Source: Candidatus Poseidoniaceae archaeon (GTDB lineage Archaea > Thermoplasmatota > Poseidoniia > Poseidoniales > Poseidoniaceae). Taken from it: a stretch of 32,000 bases of DNA. Shown here in pieces: positions 25,226-32,000 of this stretch; the stretch's first letter is position 1, and each line of letters begins with the position of its first letter. The stretch spans positions 660,001 through 692,000 of the forward strand of contig CALSTM010000002.1 in the NCBI GenBank assembly GCA_943789275.1, in the 5' to 3' direction. The notes under the pieces were generated by a model, which was given only the letters and a program-made list of their open reading frames with translations, was not told the origin of the DNA and did not search any database. A program made the position numbers and the translations under genes.

Positions 25226-26392
25226 TCACATTTGGAAGAACGCCAGTGCGAGAATCACATAACACGCCAAAAGCATAGCTCCTTCAAGCCAATTGGACTT
25301 TCCATCACTCAAGATTGAATTGGCAATAAGCACAGAGATAAACGTCGCAGCTGTTTCAAGCAACCCGAATTCGAGGGTGAGGTTGACCCCCAATACCCAT
25401 GCAAAAAGCACCATTATCGGAGCTACGAAAAGTGCGATTTGAACACTGCTGCCAATAGCAATGGCAATCGAAAGATCCATCTTGTCTTTGCCAGCAACCA
25501 AGACGGCGGTAAAGTGCTCAGCGGCATTACCGAAGAACGGCAACAAAATGACGCCTATGAAAAGTTCTGGCAAATGCCACTTCTCTACAGCGACTTCGAG
25601 GCTGTGAACCAAGATGTGGGCCATCCAACCGACAAGAATCGTAGAGAGGATCAATAAAACCCAAGCATCCTTAATGCTCATTTGAGGATCTTCATGCACA
25701 CCATGCCCAGATTCTGTCGCAAAAACATCCGCATGCGTCTTCAATTGGAACAGAAGTGCTAACGCGTAGATGATGAGCAATACCACCGCAGCATAATGTG
25801 AAAGTTGAGCAACATCACCAAGTGTGCCTCCGGAGTGATGTACTGCACTGGGAATGATGAGAGCAACAATGGCGAGCAACAGGAGCGATCCATTCATTTG
25901 GCCTGCATCTTGGTTGAACAACTGAATTTTATGATTCACTCCACCCCAAACCAAGGCCAGTCCCATTACAAGCAGAAGGTTTCCAAGAATCGAGCCAATC
26001 AACGAGGCTTGAGTAACGGTAATCATCGTTTCAGCGATTTCTTCATTCTTCGAAGCAGCATAGAGAGCGAGACCTGCAATAATCATCTCAACAGCATTAC
26101 CAAAGGTCGCATTCAGCAATCCTCCGACGGCTTCACCGGTTCGCAGTGCGATTTCCTCGGTCGCTTTACCCATGAGGAAAGCAAGAGGCATGATAGCGAC
26201 CATAGAGAACATAAACGCAAGACCACCTTGATGCGTGAAATTCGCATACAAGGCAACAGGAACAGCCAACAAGAGAATGTTCAATTTGTTCTTTCGAGGG
26301 TCGAACGAACTCAGGAGACTATGCATCGCTTCTTCGGTCTCTTCAGCCAAATGGTCTCCAATATCGGCGGTTTTTGATTCCGTCATATCCAC
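25226..26392 (-). CDS. Ca2+/H+ antiporter (CaCA superfamily, CAX/ChaA type)
   Basis: Two alpha-repeat signatures, GNAVEMIIA and GNAAEHFTAV (GNxxE), in the two halves of a protein with about 11 TM helices. Confidence 0.9.
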   Translation of the reverse strand: MDMTESKTADIGDHLAEETEEAMHSLLSSFDPRKNKLNILLLAVPVALYANFTHQGGLAFMFSMVAIMPLAFLMGKATEEIALRTGEAVGGLLNATFGNAVEMIIAGLALYAASKNEEIAETMITVTQASLIGSILGNLLLVMGLALVWGGVNHKIQLFNQDAGQMNGSLLLLAIVALIIPSAVHHSGGTLGDVAQLSHYAAVVLLIIYALALLFQLKTHADVFATESGHGVHEDPQMSIKDAWVLLILSTILVGWMAHILVHSLEVAVEKWHLPELFIGVILLPFFGNAAEHFTAVLVAGKDKMDLSIAIAIGSSVQIALFVAPIMVLFAWVLGVNLTLEFGLLETAATFISVLIANSILSDGKSNWLEGAMLLACYVILALAFFQM

Positions 26393-26434
26393 TTCGAAGG
26401 AGCATCAGCCCTTGACTTCACCGCTTGGTTTGGC

Positions 26435-29400
26435 TCAGTCTTCGCTCTTTTTGCGTCCAACAGCTCTGCGCTTAGGCGCCTTACGAGGTGCTGCTCGTCG
26501 GCCGACAGCACGTTTCTTGGTAACGGGCTTCTCTTCGACGACTTCGTCTTCTTCATCGTCATCATCATACGCACCCCAGTCGATGCCGTCATCGTCGTCG
26601 TCGTCTTCGTCAACAATTTCTGGAACATCCTTCTTTCGTCGTGTCTTTCGGGTAATGACATTCACTGCGAATGGGTCTTCATCTTCTTCTGGTTCCGCCT
26701 CTGGTTCAGGTGCTGGTTCAACAGATTTTTCTTCTGCTTTTGCACTGGTATCGGTGACTGCACCCATATCCAAATCTTGTGAGGTTCCAATGAATTCCGA
26801 CATCCAGTCTTCGTCTTCTTCTTCTTCATCTCCCTTTTTCTTCTTCTTAGGACCACTCAGACTGGTGCTGATGACCATCGTCATGACAATCAACGAGAGC
26901 ACAAAGATTCCAGAAAGTACCCATACCAAGATGTACGGTGGGTCGGTCATGGACGGTTCGATAATAACCGGCTCAGGTTCAGGTTGGAGTGACTCCACAT
27001 AATTACAGGAGGTCGTTCCATCAAGTCTGTTACGGCATTCATCAACAACAAAGATGACGCTCGTTGACCTTTCATTTCCAGCAGAGTCAACCGCCCGAAC
27101 AAACACAGCGTGTTGCCCGGGTAGGAAATTGCCTGCCGAGAAATCCAAGTCCAAAACCAATGAACTGTTATCGCCGTCAAGGTTGGTGACTTCTGAAGCT
27201 TCAGTCCACGGGGTAGAAATGGATTGGCCAGTTCCGTAATTGTAGGTAAACTTGTACTGGAACGAGTCGATTCGAACATCGTCTTCCGCACCTGCAAGAA
27301 CCTGCACATTGTTCCCGTACAGATACTTTGATTCACTGTCTGAGAACGAGGATGGCGAGTAAATAACCACTGTTGGCGCGACTGCATCTACGGCACGGTC
27401 GGTCCATTGCTGCGATGCTTGATTGTTCGCTAGGTCTTCCATGTGAACTTCGAAAACCATGTCGCCTGCAATGGTGGTGGATGTAATGAAGAAATCAAGT
27501 TCGTAGACAGGTCCGCGGTCGGGGTTGCCAGCGTTCTCTTGGATCAGAGCCATCTCACGTTCTCCGCCAGAAAGGTCTCCACCGCCAAGTGTGGTGATGT
27601 TGATCATTGGATTGACATCGAGATACTCATCAAACTCGATTTGAACTTTGTAATCGCCAGCAATCAATGACGGGCTGGTAAACGCTTCATTGTCTTCGTT
27701 GATCAAAACAAGAGATGCTTGAGGTGCCTTGGTATCTTCGGTGACTTTGATGGCGTTTGAATTGAGGCCTGAATAAGTCTCAGGGTCCGTATTGCCCCAT
27801 TTATCAGCGACCATAACGGCGTACCAAACTTCACGGTCGACATCGTTTGGAATGTCGATTTGCCGGAAAAAGGTGTTCGCTTCTGAAGTACCGGCTTCGA
27901 TGTTGTCAATGACGAGTTCCCAGCCGTCTTCTGTGACGGAACTGATTTCGCTCTCATCTTCTCCAAACGGTTCGCCGTAATGGCGCCAAACTTGGTAGAC
28001 TTCATCGGATTCATCGCTGTTAAACCACTCCAGAGTGACCTTGTTCAGATAACCGATGGATTGGACTTCTTTCATGCTGGCTCGAAGAGGCGAAGTTGTG
28101 TCTTCTTCATTTCCTTCCGCAATTTGGAAATAATTTTGATTGAGTCTTTTGTCCATGTATGTTCCTGTGAGGTGCCCGTAAAGAGCCTCGGTCGTCACGA
28201 AGTAGTACGGACGAGAGACAAGAAGACCATCGGAGAGTTCGACATCGAAGTAACCAATGCCGTCGCTCACGGAGCCAAGCCATTGCAATGATCCGTTGAA
28301 TGTAGCCCATTCACCACCAGTTACTTTCCAACCGGCTTTGTAAATGTGGTACTGTTCGCCTTCCACCCCGAGTTGGTCGGTCCAAGAAACCCGTGTGGTC
28401 TTGTTGCCGATAAACTCAGCATGAACATTGGTTGGTTCAGCTATCCAAGGGCTGAAAGCGTCTTCTAAGACTGCATCAGAGCAGGCATTAAAGGTGACGT
28501 TGGTGTCCATAACACCGTACATATCCACGGTTGCTACGCAATAGTAAGCGTTCCCAAGTCGCCCCGTTGGAACTTCATAAGCGAACGATTCAACACCTTC
28601 GGAAATGGTACCGAGCAGTTGAACATCAGAACGAAGAATACTTGAGAACGCAGCACCAGACATGTAAATTCGGTAAGATTCCCCAACTTCGCCTGCGACA
28701 TCCGACCAGGCTACGGTCGTTGTTCCACCACCGTCGGTAGGCTCAGCGATGAACTGAGCATACATCGAACTGACTTGTTCAGGCGGCATATTATCCTCCA
28801 TAATCGGTGAAGTCATGGCGTTGTTCGAAAGGAAGCGTGCATCTTGGTAGTCCGCTCCGGGTCCTGTCCAATTTGGTAGATTATAGGTCACTGAATAGTA
28901 AGCATCTCTGTCTGTGCTTTGTGGCACATCGATGACAATTGAGGAAGTCCCGGCAGGCAAAGTTGCAACTGGGGCCTCTGATAACAGCATGTTGGCACCG
29001 TTTGAGCGTGTGACGGGGTACGATGTACGGTAGAGGAGAATTTGGTAAGCATCGTCACCCGTCTCCGGGAGAATTGGGAAAATCTCGTTGTAATTAATCC
29101 ATTGAACGGTCGATTTACTTGTGTCTGGATCGAATGAACCGAAAATGTTGTACGGTGTTCGAATTGGAGTGGTCTGTTCGAGGATTGGCTCTGCGATAAG
29201 GGAGGCATTTTCGTCGAGGTCCGTGAGTACAGTTCCGTCGCCGAGCGTTGTCGTAACGGCGTAGTAAAACGATTCATTGACACCGGGAGAAACCAAAAAG
29301 GAAACCGAGTGTTGGGAAACCGTTCCATTGATTCCACGGCATTTGAAAGCGTCGTTTTGAACTTCTGCTGACGAGCAGGCAACGATTCCAGTTTCAAACG

Positions 29401-29695
29401 GAGTGAGTCCACCGATGGAGGATTGGTCAATGACTTCACTTGAACGGTAGACACTGTATGTTGCATCGAAAAGCCCTTGCAAGACCGAGCCGTCAATATC
29501 GATATTGCGCCAAGTCACCGTGGTTGTTTCGGTTACGGGGTCGAAGACTGCGTTGATATCTTGAGCTTGCAAGTTGTTTGGATTGCCGATATCTTCCGCA
29601 GAGACGTTGCTCATCGGCAGTAAAGCAAGAAGCATGCACATCACAAGGAAAATCGCTTTTCTCTTGCCTTCTTTACCGAGCAGTTCGACCGTCAT
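26435..29695 (-). CDS. Large cell-surface protein: signal peptide, at least 5 FN3-like repeats, Ig-like domains, a C-terminal TM helix and a highly charged cytoplasmic tail
   Basis: Signal-like KRKAIFLVMCMLLALLPMSNVSA. Recurrent FN3-type strands TTVTWRN...YSVYRS, STVQWIN...YQILLYRT, TTVAWSD...YRIYMSG, TRVSWTD...YHIYKAG, VTLEWFN...YQVWRH. Ig-like VFVRAVDSAGNERS. TM helix YILVWVLSGIFVLSLIVMTMVI. The tail begins KKKKKGDEEEEDED. ATG 29695 is preferred over TTG 29698. Confidence 0.8.
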   Translation of the reverse strand: MTVELLGKEGKRKAIFLVMCMLLALLPMSNVSAEDIGNPNNLQAQDINAVFDPVTETTTVTWRNIDIDGSVLQGLFDATYSVYRSSEVIDQSSIGGLTPFETGIVACSSAEVQNDAFKCRGINGTVSQHSVSFLVSPGVNESFYYAVTTTLGDGTVLTDLDENASLIAEPILEQTTPIRTPYNIFGSFDPDTSKSTVQWINYNEIFPILPETGDDAYQILLYRTSYPVTRSNGANMLLSEAPVATLPAGTSSIVIDVPQSTDRDAYYSVTYNLPNWTGPGADYQDARFLSNNAMTSPIMEDNMPPEQVSSMYAQFIAEPTDGGGTTTVAWSDVAGEVGESYRIYMSGAAFSSILRSDVQLLGTISEGVESFAYEVPTGRLGNAYYCVATVDMYGVMDTNVTFNACSDAVLEDAFSPWIAEPTNVHAEFIGNKTTRVSWTDQLGVEGEQYHIYKAGWKVTGGEWATFNGSLQWLGSVSDGIGYFDVELSDGLLVSRPYYFVTTEALYGHLTGTYMDKRLNQNYFQIAEGNEEDTTSPLRASMKEVQSIGYLNKVTLEWFNSDESDEVYQVWRHYGEPFGEDESEISSVTEDGWELVIDNIEAGTSEANTFFRQIDIPNDVDREVWYAVMVADKWGNTDPETYSGLNSNAIKVTEDTKAPQASLVLINEDNEAFTSPSLIAGDYKVQIEFDEYLDVNPMINITTLGGGDLSGGEREMALIQENAGNPDRGPVYELDFFITSTTIAGDMVFEVHMEDLANNQASQQWTDRAVDAVAPTVVIYSPSSFSDSESKYLYGNNVQVLAGAEDDVRIDSFQYKFTYNYGTGQSISTPWTEASEVTNLDGDNSSLVLDLDFSAGNFLPGQHAVFVRAVDSAGNERSTSVIFVVDECRNRLDGTTSCNYVESLQPEPEPVIIEPSMTDPPYILVWVLSGIFVLSLIVMTMVISTSLSGPKKKKKGDEEEEDEDWMSEFIGTSQDLDMGAVTDTSAKAEEKSVEPAPEPEAEPEEDEDPFAVNVITRKTRRKKDVPEIVDEDDDDDDGIDWGAYDDDDEEDEVVEEKPVTKKRAVGRRAAPRKAPKRRAVGRKKSED

Positions 29696-29734
29696 CAATT
29701 CACTTGTCGCATGCGACGGTTAAGAGCATGTCGC

Positions 29735-29742
29735 ATATTTAA
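29735..29742 (-). promoter_or_regulatory. TATA-like box for the surface-protein gene
   Basis: TTAAATAT on the minus strand, about 40 nt upstream of the ATG at 29695, in a 94-nt intergenic region. Position and sequence only. Confidence 0.35.
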
Positions 29743-29745
29743 CAG

Positions 29746-29779
29746 AAAAAATTGGCATTCACCACACCCCTACGGGGTG
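29746..29779 (-). terminator. Hairpin plus oligo-T tract downstream of the CDP-alcohol phosphatidyltransferase gene
   Basis: On the minus strand, CACCCC-GTA-GGGGTG (29779 to 29765) starts 14 nt after the stop. A T6 run follows (29751 to 29746). Archaeal termination typically uses oligo-T tracts. Confidence 0.4.
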
Positions 29780-29792
29780 ACGAAGTTGCCAT

Positions 29793-30509
29793 TCATTCCT
29801 GTTCAGAAGATTGGTTCGGTTGTGGCAGAGGGTCTTCCGAATCAATACGAGTAATTTCAGAATGAGCTTGTTGAAAACGCACGAGGAACGTCCATAATCC
29901 TCCGAAAGCAGAAATCAACACAACAATGCTCAGAGGAGTAATGGGGATGTGGTCAAGTACGCCGGGCAACATCCCGAAATCACCAACATCTGCATAAATA
30001 AAAACAGCGGTAAGGAAAATTCCCACAATGGTGACAACGGTGCGATCTGCTCTGGAAAAACCACGGTAATTACGAGAGCCAGCAACTGCTTGTGCTTGCG
30101 TGCCCATGTACGAGCCAAGAAGCGTCAGCCAAGCGGCTACAAATCCGATGGTGATGTCGCCAACGAAAACAGAACCTGCAATGCACAGCAACCAGACGGC
30201 GTCGAGAAGGCGGTCAAAAGTATGGTCAAGATAATCGCCCCATCGGCTTACCTTACCGAACTTACGAGCAAGAGGTCCGTCCAAACCATCCATGGCCATG
30301 GCCAGTATCATCAGCAAACCACCGCCGAACAACATGTTTGCGCCATAGGTCGTCTCATCAGCAGTGAGCACAGCCAAACCGCCGAGTATGCCTACCGGTA
30401 AAGCGACCCAAGTTACGGTGGATGGTTTGACGTTCTCGAGAGCGTCTAAAAGTGGATTCAAAATACCTTCCCAAGTGTCTCTTAATTTCTCTAACGCCAT
30501 AGTGCTCAT
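29793..30509 (-). CDS. CDP-alcohol phosphatidyltransferase (archaeal polar-lipid head-group transferase)
   Basis: Signature DGLDGPLARKFGKVSRWGDYLDHTFDRLLD matches D-G-x2-A-R-x8-G-x3-D-x3-D. About 6 TM helices. The head-group specificity (serine, inositol-phosphate or glycerol-phosphate) cannot be read from the sequence. Confidence 0.88.
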   Translation of the reverse strand: MSTMALEKLRDTWEGILNPLLDALENVKPSTVTWVALPVGILGGLAVLTADETTYGANMLFGGGLLMILAMAMDGLDGPLARKFGKVSRWGDYLDHTFDRLLDAVWLLCIAGSVFVGDITIGFVAAWLTLLGSYMGTQAQAVAGSRNYRGFSRADRTVVTIVGIFLTAVFIYADVGDFGMLPGVLDHIPITPLSIVVLISAFGGLWTFLVRFQQAHSEITRIDSEDPLPQPNQSSEQE

Positions 30510-30570
30510 TCATGCTGCCGAAGCGGGGGGGTGTTTGTTGTTGCGGTAATCAAAACACAAAAACAGCGTC

Positions 30571-31104
30571 TTACAACCAGTTCATCGCATTCGAAGCAGC
30601 ATCTTTGAGAGAAGCCGAGGGAGTGCCTTCATCCATCCACTGAACAATGCTTTCAACCAGTTCTTCGCTTGATGAAACGGTCGTATCAAGTTCTAAAATG
30701 GGCACTTCTATCTCAAATTCAAGCAGTTCAGACCATGTGCCAGAAAGCAATTCCCACTCCACATTGGCGTTGGTTTTTTCCGGTGAATACGAACGCTGTT
30801 CAAGCCGTTCACGGATTTTTTCAGGATTGCATCGCAAAAGCACGATGGCATCAACGTCAAGCAAATGGGAAAGATGGCCGTCGACAAAACATGTCTCGGT
30901 TTCTTCACGGACCCATGTTTCTGAAAGTTTGTGAATGTCCAGCGGAGCAGAACCGTCGACCTGGTCAACTGGTTCCAAGCAACCGTTTTGTTCAGCCAGT
31001 TCTTGAAGTGAAACCACTGTATAGAGTTCGCTCAATGACTCGCAAATCGTCGTCTTTCCGGTTCCGGGTGTCCCGGTCACTGCGATGCATAGGTTGTCTT
31101 CCAC
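30571..31104 (-). CDS. Fap7/AK6-type adenylate kinase-like NTPase (ribosome biogenesis factor)
   Basis: P-loop IAVTGTPGTGKTT lies 7 aa after a GTG at 31104. Also VDGHLSHLL and IVLLRCNPEKIRERLEQRSYSPEKTNANVEWEL. The resulting 177-aa length is family-typical. TTTAT (minus strand, 31133-31129) lies about 27 nt upstream of that GTG. The 252-aa ORF-track version adds 75 aa with no family counterpart and would overlap the divergent gene. Confidence 0.75.
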   Translation of the reverse strand: MEDNLCIAVTGTPGTGKTTICESLSELYTVVSLQELAEQNGCLEPVDQVDGSAPLDIHKLSETWVREETETCFVDGHLSHLLDVDAIVLLRCNPEKIRERLEQRSYSPEKTNANVEWELLSGTWSELLEFEIEVPILELDTTVSSSEELVESIVQWMDEGTPSASLKDAASNAMNWL

Positions 31105-31237
31105 AGCAGTGCCCGTATCCGCTAACACATAAAGGAAAAAGGAGAAAAAACTGAGAAGAAGGCGTTCTCGATGGCATTCATGACGAGCGAACAGGGAAAG
31201 GCATGATAGGTCATCACCTCCAGCAGGGATTGTTGCC

Positions 31238-31987
31238 ATGTTTGGAATGAATGACCCTGCACAAACCTTGCTCCAACTGGAGCGGTATGTGGCTGATGGT
31301 CGAATGGAAATGTCCGAAGTCATGGCCATTCAGTTCACAGACCTGTTTCTCTCGCAAAAGAACAGAGACGCTGATTCACAAATCATGCTGGTCAAGGGTC
31401 TTCGAATTCTGTGCGATGTTTTTCTTGCCCGAAACAAAGCTAAGCGTGGAGTTTCCACCGTTAAAATCCTCCATCGCGAACGGAAAAAATTGGTTCGAAT
31501 GCTCAGTAAAGGCGCCCCTCAACTGTTGGAGAAAATGACACCCGCTGCTGAAGATTATCGTCGTGCAGGTAAGGTATTCGCTCATGCTGGTAAAAGAAGT
31601 GCTGCGATGAAAGCCTTTACTCAATGTGAAAAGAAATCACCAGGGCATGTTGCCGCAGCACTGGAAGCATGCCAATTGATTCCCGACCAGAAGAAACTCA
31701 TTCAGCGATTCGTCAACATCGTCGCCAGTTCAGGCCCTGTCATCATGTATGAAGGCGTATTTTACTTGCAACCGAACGATTCACCGATGGCGAAAACTGA
31801 AGATATAATGGAAATGCTCCATGCTGCGATTGAGAAGCAAATCGGTCCGGCCGACGCTTGTCAGAAGCAGATTGAACGCATCAGTGCGGAACGTTTAGCC
31901 ATTGAGCGAGGAGATGCTGCGGCAAACGCTCGCTTACAAGCAGCAATGGATCTGCTCAAGCCTCAACATGACTACTACGAGTACTGA
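31238..31987 (+). CDS. Hypothetical helical protein (249 aa)
   Basis: Complete ORF divergent from the Fap7-like gene. Helix-rich composition. No motif recognised. Confidence 0.45.
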   Translation: MFGMNDPAQTLLQLERYVADGRMEMSEVMAIQFTDLFLSQKNRDADSQIMLVKGLRILCDVFLARNKAKRGVSTVKILHRERKKLVRMLSKGAPQLLEKMTPAAEDYRRAGKVFAHAGKRSAAMKAFTQCEKKSPGHVAAALEACQLIPDQKKLIQRFVNIVASSGPVIMYEGVFYLQPNDSPMAKTEDIMEMLHAAIEKQIGPADACQKQIERISAERLAIERGDAAANARLQAAMDLLKPQHDYYEY

Positions 31988-32000
31988 GAGTGGTAACGAG

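Noticed and set aside
25805-26377. 190-aa plus-strand ORF inside the CAX antiporter gene
   Set aside because: It is entirely antisense to a gene with strong family signatures (two GNxxE repeats). Its composition is typical of an off-strand reading.
26235-27002. 255-aa plus-strand ORF with long poly-Ser runs (SSSSSSSS)
   Set aside because: It is the antisense shadow of the D/E/K-rich tail of the minus-strand surface protein and of the 5' end of the CAX gene. GAC/GAA/GAG codons read as Ser/Phe-rich on the opposite strand. It has no independent start context and spans two genes plus the intergenic region.
30525-30531. G7 homopolymer (C7 on the coding strand) 16-22 nt upstream of the CDP-alcohol phosphatidyltransferase start
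   Set aside because: It could in principle be slippage-prone, but a single 7-mer in a leader or promoter region with no evidence of variation is not enough to call phase variation.
1-32000. Search for CRISPR arrays, rRNA genes, IS elements or transposases, and long direct or inverted repeats
   Set aside because: Reading both strands, I saw no regularly spaced 25-40 nt repeats, no rRNA-like conserved stretches, no transposase or integrase motifs in any ORF, and no long duplicated segments. A formal self-dot-plot would be needed to exclude short dispersed repeats.

Overview
This window is a gene-dense archaeal chromosomal fragment with about 35 protein-coding genes and one tRNA. I found no rRNA, CRISPR array, recognisable transposase or integrase. 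Archaeal origin is supported by a Pus10-type tRNA pseudouridine synthase, the conserved cluster ribosomal protein L21e - RNA polymerase subunit Rpo4/F - DUF655 - KsgA/RsmA (10677-13027), a Fap7/AK6-type kinase, a CDP-alcohol phosphatidyltransferase, GGAGGTGA-type Shine-Dalgarno sequences at internal operon genes, and TATA-like boxes about 25 nt upstream of several start codons. A marine planktonic Thermoplasmatota/Euryarchaeota-like lineage is plausible from gene content and the giant FN3-rich surface protein, but that is inference only. Most of the window is housekeeping or transport: RND/MMPL exporter, CorA, CAX antiporter, PGK, MtaD-like amidohydrolase, M24 peptidase, XseAB and a 2Fe-2S ferredoxin. 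Five stretches deserve a second look. (1) A roughly 2.9 kb accessory block (1194-4095) holds an AT-rich orphan gene divergent from a three-gene translationally coupled cassette. The cassette ends in a KAP/CDKN3-like cysteine phosphatase fused to an unknown C-terminal domain. This is my best candidate for an undescribed module, with function unknown. (2) A 263-aa protein (18493-19284) carries two histone-fold-like signatures. It sits in a co-directional string with an orphan beta-class DNA methyltransferase. (3) Pus10 carries a lysine-rich insertion with a SAP/HeH-like motif. (4) A 363-aa HhH, coiled-coil and zinc-ribbon protein lies just downstream of the information-processing cluster. (5) A 1086-aa surface protein has a 137-aa alternating-charge cytoplasmic tail. 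All functional calls rest on motifs read by eye from the translations. No database search was run.
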